A stretch of 64,000 bases of DNA from Thermoleophilia bacterium (GTDB lineage Bacteria > Actinomycetota > Thermoleophilia > Miltoncostaeales > Miltoncostaeaceae), in contig JANQPH010000049.1 of assembly GCA_028285405.1 (NCBI GenBank), positions 48,671 to 112,670 of the forward strand, in the 5' to 3' direction. This document shows, one piece after another, positions 1-7,479 of this stretch (position 1 is its first letter; the number at the start of each line of letters is the position of its first letter). Under the pieces are notes generated by a model. That model was not told where the DNA came from, did no database searches, and was given only the letters and a program-made list of their open reading frames with translations. Both the position numbers and the translations under genes were made by a program.

Positions 1-412
1 GTTTCCGGCGGTCCGGCTCTCGGCCAGCGGCTTCGCCGACGACCAGGTCACGATCGTCACCTACGGCCCGGCGGCACCGATCGCCATGGACGCGGCGACC
101 GAGATGCTTCTGGAGGACGAGGTCTTCTCCGAGGTGCTCGTGCTCGGGCGGGTGCACCCGCTCGATCTGGCGCCGATCACCGATTCCCTCGCGCGCACCG
201 GAGCGCTCGTCACCGTCGAGGAGGGGGGCGTGACGGGGGGCTTCGGCGCCGAGATCGCGGCGCAGGTGCAGTCCACGTCGTGGTCCGACCTGCGGCATCC
301 GGTCGTTCGCATCGGCGCCCGGGACGGGATCATCCCGTCGGCGCCCGGCTTGGAGGACGAGGCGCTTCCGAGCGTGGCCGACGTTGTCGGCGCCGTGGAG
401 CGGCTCGTCTAG
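1..412 (+). CDS. 2-oxoacid (pyruvate/acetoin-type) dehydrogenase E1 component beta subunit, C-terminal fragment (5' end lies outside the window)
   Basis: The frame is open from the window edge (codons from nt 2) to TAG at 410-412. The translation ...DQVTIVTYGPAAPIAMDAATEMLLEDEVFSEVLVLGRVHPLDLAPITDSLARTGALVTVEEGGVTGGFGAEIAAQV...RIGARDGIIPSAP matches the transketolase-C domain of E1-beta subunits. Confidence 0.8.
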   Translation, partial: FPAVRLSASGFADDQVTIVTYGPAAPIAMDAATEMLLEDEVFSEVLVLGRVHPLDLAPITDSLARTGALVTVEEGGVTGGFGAEIAAQVQSTSWSDLRHPVVRIGARDGIIPSAPGLEDEALPSVADVVGAVERLV

Positions 413-1554
413 CTCCGTCCGCTCAGCCGGGATGGCTGCCGGTCGCTCGGCGGCCACACGGTTCCCGACGGCACGATCGTCCCGTCGGGGACGTCGTCGT
501 TGACGACGACACCGTTTCCGACGATCGCGCCCGACCCGATCCTGGCGCCGACTCGGGTCGTGACGCCCATCCCGACGAGCGTGCCCTCGCCGACCGTCGT
601 CTCGCCGGCCAGGACGGCGCCGGGCGCGAGGTGCACGTTCGGCCCGATCACGCAGTCGTGCGAGACGACGACGTTGGTGTTGAGGAGCGTGTTGGCGCCG
701 ACGGTGGCGAGCGACCAGACGACCGCCCCGGGCATCACGTGAACACCAGGCTCCAGGACCGCTGACGGCGAGATCACCGCGCTCGGGTCGATGATCGTCG
801 TCGACCCGAGGCCGGCCGACTCGAGGACCTCGAAGACGTCGATGCGGCTCCGCATGCGGCCGATTCCCCCGACCGCGTTGACCCCGTACGGCACGCCGGC
901 GTCGTGGAGCTGCTCGAGGAGACCGCGCCCACCGATGATCGGGACGCCGAGGACGTCGCCCGAGTCGGCCGCGTCGTCGAGCACGCACAGCACCTCGAGC
1001 TCGCCGGCGCGATGGATGACCTCGATCAGCGACCGCGCGAGGCCACCGGCGCCGAAGAGGACGACGCTCCGCTCGCCCGCCCTCGCCGCAACGGATGCCG
1101 GGAGCTCCTCCGTCACGCCGGACTGCGGCGCGAAGGCGGCGATGTCCCGCTCGGTCAGGATCCGATCGGTCGGGAGCGCAGCGAGGTCGACCCCGAGCTC
1201 GTTCGCCTTCGCCTCGGCCTTCTTGGTGAGTCGGGGCGCCGCGCCGCTCGGGGCGGCCGCCGCGGCCGCCTCGTCCTCGGTCGGCGGGCGATCGAGCACC
1301 TCGACGAGCAGGTCGCCGGCCATGATCCGGTCGTCGAGCGCGACCGCGAACGGGCCCAGGTAGCCCGCGACCTCGATCTCGACGTCGACGGTGGACTTGC
1401 TCGTCTCGAGCGTGCAGACGACGTCACCCGGCTCCACATGAGCGCCGACGGCACCCTGGATCTCGATCACCTGGGCCTCGGGCTCGTTGTTGTTGACGAG
1501 CGGGGCCAGCACCCGTGCCAGCACCGTGGCCGGCGTTGTCGACTCCTCGCTCAC
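409..1554 (-). CDS. E2-like fusion protein: lipoyl-attachment domain, peripheral-subunit-binding-like segment and NeuD/PglD-type hexapeptide (LbH) acyltransferase
   Basis: The lipoyl-type hybrid motif is GDVVCTLETSKSTVDVEIEVAGY. An Ala/Pro linker follows, then the PSBD-like segment PRLTKKAEAKANELGVDLAALPTDRILTERDIAAF. Next comes a NeuD-like N-domain (VVLFGAGGLARSLIEVI...VLGVPIIGG) and hexapeptide repeats (IDPSAVISPSAVLEPGVHVMPGAVV...HDCVIGPNVHLAPGAVLAGETTVGEGTLVGMGV). I place the start at GTG 1554 because it forms a GTGA overlap with the upstream stop; the ORF track extends to 1608. Confidence 0.8.
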   Translation of the reverse strand: MSEESTTPATVLARVLAPLVNNNEPEAQVIEIQGAVGAHVEPGDVVCTLETSKSTVDVEIEVAGYLGPFAVALDDRIMAGDLLVEVLDRPPTEDEAAAAAAPSGAAPRLTKKAEAKANELGVDLAALPTDRILTERDIAAFAPQSGVTEELPASVAARAGERSVVLFGAGGLARSLIEVIHRAGELEVLCVLDDAADSGDVLGVPIIGGRGLLEQLHDAGVPYGVNAVGGIGRMRSRIDVFEVLESAGLGSTTIIDPSAVISPSAVLEPGVHVMPGAVVWSLATVGANTLLNTNVVVSHDCVIGPNVHLAPGAVLAGETTVGEGTLVGMGVTTRVGARIGSGAIVGNGVVVNDDVPDGTIVPSGTVWPPSDRQPSRLSGRS

Positions 1555-2594
1555 GCTGGTCCTTCCGCTCGTGGTCGTGCGGCCGCACGCGATCCGACGT
1601 GCCGCCACTCATCCGGGCCCAGCTCGCCAAGCTCGGCGAGGGCGCGATCGACGTGCGCCCCGAACTCCTCCTCGAGCCCGGAGCCGCCGCCCCTCGGGAA
1701 CGTCTCCGGGATCCCGCCCGCGCGCAAGGCCGGCTCGAAGCCGGCGTGTGCGAGCAGCTCCCGGGTGTCTGCGACGACCGCCCGTGGCTCGCGGCACAGC
1801 CGATCGTACGAGACCTCGAGCACCCGCTCCGGACCGAGGCGGCTCGTCGCCTGGGAGATCGCGTGCTCGATCAGCAGCGCTTGTGCGACGACCTGCCAGG
1901 ACGGGGCCGCCCCCTCGAAGTCCCCGCGCGGCCGCAGCGACGCCCATTGGTCGACCGAGCCTCGCAGTGACCGACGCATCCCCAGCAGCGAGAGCGCGGT
2001 CTCGCGCGGCGGGCGGCTGATCCGGACGAACCGGCTCGACGGCATCGCCTCGACGAGGTGCCCGAGGTGCCAGACGAGGATCATCGGCTTGAACACCATC
2101 GGCGCGCCGGCGGCCGCCGCCATGTTGGTCACGACGCGTCGCAGCCGACCCCAGTCGATCTCGTCGGCGTGCTCGGCGCCGCGCTCGGCGAGATCCGGGT
2201 ACCGCAGGGCGTCGTTCCAGAAGTAGCCGAACTCGTGCGGCTCGCTCACGCCGGCCGTGCGGCCGAACGTCGACGAGAAGTCCGACTCGAGCCGATCGAC
2301 GCCGAGCGCCTTGGCGAGGCGCACGCCGTAGACGGGGGCGCGCCAGAACGCCGCGATCAGGTTGTTGACGTAGCCGACGTCGAGCGCCGAGGCGATCACC
2401 TGGTAGAGCAGCGTGGTGCCCGAGCGCGGGACCCCGATCACGTGCAGCGTCGGGTACGTCTCGCCGATCTCCTCGAGCTCGCCGTCGGCGGGATCGGCGA
2501 GCAGGGCGTTCAGGTGCTCGAGGAAGCCCTCTTGCACGGGGTCCTTCGCGAACTTCGGTGCGAGCTCGGGGTCTCGTCTGCGCGTGTACGTCAC
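1551..2594 (-). CDS. PAPS-dependent sulfotransferase family protein
   Basis: It carries a 5'-PSB loop (HVIGVPRSGTTLLYQ) and a 3'-PB-like segment (FVRISRPPRETALSLL). The GTG start at 2594 overlaps the upstream stop (GTGA), and its own stop overlaps the downstream GTG start. Confidence 0.8.
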   Translation of the reverse strand: MTYTRRRDPELAPKFAKDPVQEGFLEHLNALLADPADGELEEIGETYPTLHVIGVPRSGTTLLYQVIASALDVGYVNNLIAAFWRAPVYGVRLAKALGVDRLESDFSSTFGRTAGVSEPHEFGYFWNDALRYPDLAERGAEHADEIDWGRLRRVVTNMAAAAGAPMVFKPMILVWHLGHLVEAMPSSRFVRISRPPRETALSLLGMRRSLRGSVDQWASLRPRGDFEGAAPSWQVVAQALLIEHAISQATSRLGPERVLEVSYDRLCREPRAVVADTRELLAHAGFEPALRAGGIPETFPRGGGSGLEEEFGAHVDRALAELGELGPDEWRHVGSRAAARPRAEGPA

Positions 2595-3091
2595 GATGCG
2601 TCACCGACGAACGCGCCTGTGCCCGGCGCGAGCTTGCTCCAGCGCCAGAAGACCATCGCGTGCCAGCCGAAGGTCTCCCCGACGCCGAAGGTGAGCAGGA
2701 CCGTCAGCACGAACTGCAGGGAGCTGTCGCTGTCGGCGGCGAAGTTGGCGAGGTAGTGCAGGGCGAAGATGACGAGCAGGAGGATGATCCCGACGATGTT
2801 GGGGCGGTACGCGACTCTGCCGTCGGGCTCCGATCCCACGAGGGTGAAGCGCGCGGATCCGCGCAGCGCCCCTGCGCCGAGGCCGATCACGGCACCGAGG
2901 GCCAGCCACCCGATCCGGGCTGGTGAGTCGACCTCGCTCGCCGGGATCGCGATCACGATCGCCAGGGCCGCGATGATCGGGATCGTCCAGAATCGCCGGG
3001 GCGAGCGCCTCCAGACGTGGTGGGGTCGGACGAACAGGAACAGCAGGACGACGATGACGACGGCGCCGGTGATGACGTACTGGAAGTCCAA
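2591..3091 (-). CDS. Integral membrane protein (about 4 TM helices), function unknown
   Basis: Four hydrophobic segments are visible (VITGAVVIVVLLFLFV, IPIIAALAIVIAIPA, IGWLALGAVIGLGAGAL, IVGIILLLVIFALHYL/LTVLLTFGV). The start is TTG at 3091. It is the first gene of a three-gene operon linked by translational coupling. Confidence 0.6.
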   Translation of the reverse strand: MDFQYVITGAVVIVVLLFLFVRPHHVWRRSPRRFWTIPIIAALAIVIAIPASEVDSPARIGWLALGAVIGLGAGALRGSARFTLVGSEPDGRVAYRPNIVGIILLLVIFALHYLANFAADSDSSLQFVLTVLLTFGVGETFGWHAMVFWRWSKLAPGTGAFVGDAS

Positions 3092-3234
3092 CCCTGCTCC
3101 CGCTCCGGGGTCGCCAGATCCTTTCGGGAGATTAGGGGAGCCCCCACGCCACGGCCGTGCGGGCAGGCGACGGTCGAGTCGTGCTCCACAACTGGGATGG
3201 CGGTGGGTGGCCCGGAACGATTCGCGTCCGTAGG

Positions 3235-3804
3235 GTGTCGCTCGTGAGCATCCGGATCCGGCGAGCCAGGCTTGCGATCGGCGCGGTGGCCATCGCCGGC
3301 GCGGTGGGACTCCTCGCTGCCTGCAGCTCGGACTTCGACGAGGAGCAGGCCGAGGTCGAGGTACGGGAGACCTTCGACCTCTTCACGGCGGCGGTGTTTG
3401 CCGGAGACGGACCGGTGGCCTGCGCGCTCATGACTGAGAACCTCAAGGAGGATCTCTTCACCGTCGGCCCGACGATGGCAACGCCCGAAGGCGGCAGCTG
3501 CGAGGGCAGGATGGGCCAGCAGGGCTCAGTGATCCGCGACGCGAACGGGGGCAAGGACCCCACGGTCGAGCTCCAGGTGGACGAGATCGCGACGGTTGCC
3601 GACGACGGCTCGCAGCCGTTTGCGCCCGGCGGCCTGGTGGCGTGGGCCGACACACAGGCGGTCGTCGACGGCGAGCCCGAGCCGATGCGGTTCTTCCTGC
3701 TCCGGGAGGACTGGCTCATCGGGAGCCTGCCGCCGACCTTCACCCCCCCGCCGGTGCTGGGCGGCGCGCCGGCCGAGCAGCAGCAGAGCCAGGCGCCACA
3801 GTGA
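3235..3804 (+). CDS. Putative lipoprotein, function unknown
   Basis: The signal peptide ends in a lipobox (RLAIGAVAIAGAVGLLAAC SSD). GC3 is high. The start could be GTG 3235 or GTG 3244; the ORF track extends to 3157. Confidence 0.55.
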   Translation: MSLVSIRIRRARLAIGAVAIAGAVGLLAACSSDFDEEQAEVEVRETFDLFTAAVFAGDGPVACALMTENLKEDLFTVGPTMATPEGGSCEGRMGQQGSVIRDANGGKDPTVELQVDEIATVADDGSQPFAPGGLVAWADTQAVVDGEPEPMRFFLLREDWLIGSLPPTFTPPPVLGGAPAEQQQSQAPQ

Positions 3805-3878
3805 GCCGGAGCCGCCGACACAGGAACTGAGTCGCGCGCGGGGGTCCCCCGCGAACCCGAGAGAACGGAGCGTCGCTC

Positions 3879-5828
3879 ATGAGTCGGACCGGATCGTCCT
3901 TCACCACGTCCCGGGGCGGAGACGAGCGACGCAGACGCGTGCGCCGTCGCGCGGTCGGGGCCACGATCGCGGCCCTTGCGGTCGGCGCGCTCGTTCCCGC
4001 GGCCGCGAGCGCGAACTGGACGGAGCCTCAGACCGTCTGCACGAACTGCTCCGAGGGCGACGGGATCGTGAGCTACGCAGAGGCGCCGAACGGCGCCGCG
4101 GTCGCCGCGTGGAACGGAGATCGCAAGGCGCTCGCCGCCTACCGCGGCCCGAACGACGACGAGTTCGGCACGCCGTTCACGGTGGCCACGGGCGGCAAGC
4201 CGAGCTACGTGCGCGCGGCGATCAACTCCACCGGGACCGCCGCGGTCATGTCGAGCGCGGGCACCCAGAGCGTCGTCGCCCGCCGCGGCCCGAGCGACAG
4301 CAGCTGGAGCACGGCGTCCAGCCCGGGCGAGTGGCCCGCGGTCGCACCCGACGGCTCCGTCCTCGTGCTCGGCTGGGTCGCTCCCCTCAACGGGAGCCAG
4401 TCTGCCCAGATCTTCACCTGGCCGGCGAACGGCACCGCCTTCGGTGGCGGTACGACGCTCGGGACCCTCGCGGCGCCGTTCACCTTCCAGGAAGGCATCT
4501 ACCTGTCGAGCAACGGCCAGGGCGACTACGTCGCGACCTGGAACGCGCAGACGGGGACCCAGAGCACGGACCAGGCGTTCGCCTCGTACTCCTCGGACGG
4601 GACGACCTGGACCGCGCCCGAGGCGGTCGGCACCGGCTCAGCGGTCGAGACGACGGCCGTCGATCCGATGGGCAACGCCCTGGCGTTCTACGGCAACCCG
4701 GGGACGCCCGTGTATCGCTGGTACACGAACACGAGCTGGGGGAGCCCCGAGAGCATCCCGTTCGGCTCGTACCCGGCCCGAAACGGTGAGCTCGCTCCGT
4801 TGCCGTCGGCAGGGTTCGACCTCGTCGGCAACGCCGCAGCGCTGGGGCAGACGCCGAACGGTGCCGGGTGGGGCTACGCCGTCCGCCGCTACACGGACGG
4901 CACATGGACGACCAAGACGCTGCCCTCCTCCGGCACCTGGAAGCTCGGCGTCGGTCAGTCCGGCGACACGATCCTCGTTCGCTCGAACGGATCGAGCCTG
5001 ACCTCGCAGTGGGGCTCCTCGATCAACCCCAACGGCTTCAAGAACCAGGACGATCTGCCCGGCAGCGGCGTGCGCTCGCTGATCGGGGTCGGCCTCGACA
5101 TGAACAGCAACGCGACGGCTGTCTACTCCACGGCGCCCTCGGGCAGCCGTCTGGGGAGCGTGTTCGCGACGACCCGTCGTCCGGGCGCGGGCGGTGAGAT
5201 CCAGCTGACCGCCGGGCAGCTCGAGACCAACCAGAAGATCTCCCAGGCGGCGGTGTTGCGCTCGAACGGGGCGCTGTCGGCGCTCGAGGGCGGTCTCCCG
5301 GCGTCGGCATTCCGGGGAGCGGCCTTCGGGGCGCCGGCCTTCGGGTCGAGCGTTCCGATCACGGGGACCGCGGGGCCGTCGACACCGTCGAACGCGCCCG
5401 GCTACCAGGTTCCGGTTCCGTCGAAGACCGGCGGCGGGGGAACCGTGACGCTGTCGGCGGCCCAGCTCGAGACGAACCAGAAGATCTCCCAGGCGGCGGT
5501 GTTGCGCTCGAATGCGGTGCGGGATCGGCTCGCGGCCGGCCTCACGGCCGCGCAGATCGGCGCCGGGGCGATCTCGAGCGCGAGCCTGCTCCCGGGTCTC
5601 GGCTTCGGGGCCCTCGGGGCCGGGAGTCCGGGGACGCCGATCACCGTCCCGACCGGCGGCGGATCGGGCGGAACCGTGACGCTGTCGCAGCAGCAGCTCG
5701 AGACCAACCAGGCGATCTCTCAGGCCGCGGTGCGCCGGTCCAATCTGAACATCGCCCTCCTGGAGGCGGGGCTGACCCAGGACGGGATCGCGGCCGGGGG
5801 GATCTCGAGCCAGAACGTCAGTCCGTAG
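3879..5828 (+). CDS. Secreted protein with a propeller-like N-terminal region (one BNR/Asp-box) and three C-terminal helical repeats
   Basis: The signal peptide is RRAVGATIAALAVGALVPAAASA-NW, with RBS acggag upstream of ATG 3879. One Asp-box is present (SYSSDGTTWTAP). Three modules contain TVTLSxxQLETNQxISQAAVxRSN. Confidence 0.75.
   Translation: MSRTGSSFTTSRGGDERRRRVRRRAVGATIAALAVGALVPAAASANWTEPQTVCTNCSEGDGIVSYAEAPNGAAVAAWNGDRKALAAYRGPNDDEFGTPFTVATGGKPSYVRAAINSTGTAAVMSSAGTQSVVARRGPSDSSWSTASSPGEWPAVAPDGSVLVLGWVAPLNGSQSAQIFTWPANGTAFGGGTTLGTLAAPFTFQEGIYLSSNGQGDYVATWNAQTGTQSTDQAFASYSSDGTTWTAPEAVGTGSAVETTAVDPMGNALAFYGNPGTPVYRWYTNTSWGSPESIPFGSYPARNGELAPLPSAGFDLVGNAAALGQTPNGAGWGYAVRRYTDGTWTTKTLPSSGTWKLGVGQSGDTILVRSNGSSLTSQWGSSINPNGFKNQDDLPGSGVRSLIGVGLDMNSNATAVYSTAPSGSRLGSVFATTRRPGAGGEIQLTAGQLETNQKISQAAVLRSNGALSALEGGLPASAFRGAAFGAPAFGSSVPITGTAGPSTPSNAPGYQVPVPSKTGGGGTVTLSAAQLETNQKISQAAVLRSNAVRDRLAAGLTAAQIGAGAISSASLLPGLGFGALGAGSPGTPITVPTGGGSGGTVTLSQQQLETNQAISQAAVRRSNLNIALLEAGLTQDGIAAGGISSQNVSP
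5193..5750 (+). repeat. Three intragenic repeat modules (about 230-250 nt apart) with near-identical ~50-nt cores
   Basis: The cores cagctcgagaccaaccagaagatctcccaggcggcggtgttgcgctcgaa (about 5216-5266) and cagctcgagacgaaccagaagatctcccaggcggcggtgttgcgctcgaa (about 5463-5513) differ at one position. A third, more diverged copy lies at about 5693-5745. Confidence 0.85.
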
Positions 5829-5919
5829 AGGGACGGAGCGGGCCGGCCGCCGGTCGGCCCGTTCGGCATCCGGTCGGCCGCTAGGCTCGGGTCGACCTCG
5901 GGCGACGACGGGAGGGCAT

Positions 5920-6411
5920 GTGGCGATCCAGAGCCAGGGAACGCAGATCGGCGTCGTGAGATCCCGGATCACGAGGGCGCGGCCGCCGGTCCGCCAGGCG
6001 ACGTTCGAGGCGACCGGTGAGACGTCGACCTACGGCGTCCCCGGCGAGCAGGCCGAGTTCTACGGGATGCCGGCGACGGGGCCGCATCAGGAGCACGCGA
6101 GCACCTTCGACCACGTCCTCGGGGCATTGGCGGCGTGCCTGACCGGGACGTTCGGGCAGGCGCTCGCCGCCCGCGACATCGACGCGACCGGTGACCGACT
6201 GTCGGCGGTGGCGGAGGGCGATGTCGAGATCGACGACGACGGGGTGATGGTCATGCACCACGTCCGTGTCGCGTATCGCCTCGTTGCACCGGACGACAAG
6301 CGTGCCGCGGCCGAGCGGGCCCACGAGCACCACGTCAACGCGTGCGGGGTCGCCCGCTCGCTTCGCGCTGCACTCGACATCTCGACCGAGCTCGAGATCG
6401 TCGGCCCCTGA
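5920..6411 (+). CDS. OsmC/Ohr family peroxiredoxin-like protein
   Basis: Length of about 160 aa and the segments HVLGALAACLTGTFGQALAARDI and ERAHEHHVNACGVARSL fit the OsmC fold with its two conserved Cys. The GTG start follows gggaggg. Confidence 0.75.
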   Translation: MAIQSQGTQIGVVRSRITRARPPVRQATFEATGETSTYGVPGEQAEFYGMPATGPHQEHASTFDHVLGALAACLTGTFGQALAARDIDATGDRLSAVAEGDVEIDDDGVMVMHHVRVAYRLVAPDDKRAAAERAHEHHVNACGVARSLRAALDISTELEIVGP

Positions 6412-6416
6412 CACGC

Positions 6417-6629
6417 GTGGCGGTGCCCTCCGGCCGCGACTACGACCGTGGTCAGCGAATCGCCGGCGTCGTGTTCGTCGCGATCCTCGGCGTGGCGCTC
6501 ATCGGGGCAGCACTCGCCTACGGGGCGTCGGGGCGGTGGGAGCTCGCGGTACTGGTTGGCGGCGCGCTCGCGCTTCTTGCGTTCTTCGGCGGCGGCATCG
6601 TCGCCGCATCGCTCGCGCGCCAGCGCTGA
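6417..6629 (+). CDS. Small membrane protein (2 TM), hypothetical
   Basis: Two hydrophobic helices are present (IAGVVFVAILGVALIGAALA and LAVLVGGALALLAFFGGGIVAA). GC3 is high. The start could be GTG 6417 or 6423. No homology was recognised. Confidence 0.45.
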   Translation: MAVPSGRDYDRGQRIAGVVFVAILGVALIGAALAYGASGRWELAVLVGGALALLAFFGGGIVAASLARQR

Positions 6630-6822
6630 ACCCCTCGCCTCGCACCGGTCGCGGCTCCGTCCTGACGGAGCTCGTTCCCATCGGGATATTGCGCAAAGTG
6701 CCCGGGTGAGCAAGCGCCGGGCCGAAACGCGCGCGTAACGCTCAAGTCCAACGCTCAGGTGTCGATAGACGCGCAGGTTCTCCCCAGCCTGTCTCGGCTG
6801 CCACCTTCTGAAAGGGACTTGC

Positions 6823-7407
6823 ATGGGCTTCGTCCACCGAAAAGGCGTGCGCCTTGGAGTTGCCGCGATGGCGTCGCTCGTCGCCGTCAGCGCGCTCGTC
6901 TACCAGACGTCGACCGCGGCGTTCAGCGACACCACCGACAACGCCGGCAACAGCTGGGCCGCCGGGTCGGTGACGCTGACCGACAACGACGGTGGATCGG
7001 CGATGTTCACCTCGGCCAACATGGTTCCGGGTGATGTCGTCGAGAACTGCATCACAGTCGACTACACCGGGAGCACCTTCGATCTCGCGGCCGTGAAGCT
7101 CTACGGATCCGTCACCGACGGCGGGCTCGGGGGTGATCTGGATGTCGTCGTCGACGAGGGCACCGGCGGCGGCTTCGGAAACTGCACGGGCTTCACGGTG
7201 GGCCAGACGGTCTTCGCCAGCAACACCCTCAACGCGTTCGCCACCGCGCACAGCTCGTACGCCAACGGCGCGACCGGCTACACGCCGGCGGGCGGCTCGA
7301 CGTCCCGCACCTATCGGTTCCGGGTCACGCTCGGCTCGGACACGCCGAACTCTTCCCAGGGGACCAACGCCACGGCGACGTTCACCTGGGAGGTCCAGAG
7401 CGCCTAG
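6823..7407 (+). CDS. TasA/camelysin-like exported protein with a SipW-cognate-type signal peptide
   Basis: The N-terminus KGVRLGVAAMASLVAVSALVYQTSTAAFSDTTDNAGNSWAAGSVTL fits the T-x-A-x-F-S-D-T...N-x-x-x-A-G pattern of SipW-dependent substrates. The rest is a beta-rich mature domain of about 160 aa. A SipW-like peptidase gene lies directly downstream. Confidence 0.8.
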   Translation: MGFVHRKGVRLGVAAMASLVAVSALVYQTSTAAFSDTTDNAGNSWAAGSVTLTDNDGGSAMFTSANMVPGDVVENCITVDYTGSTFDLAAVKLYGSVTDGGLGGDLDVVVDEGTGGGFGNCTGFTVGQTVFASNTLNAFATAHSSYANGATGYTPAGGSTSRTYRFRVTLGSDTPNSSQGTNATATFTWEVQSA

Positions 7408-7479
7408 GCGCTCGCAGGAGCTCACCGCGCTCGGCCCGGCCCGCCCGCTCGGCGCGCCGGGCCGTGGCGTCGTCGCGCC

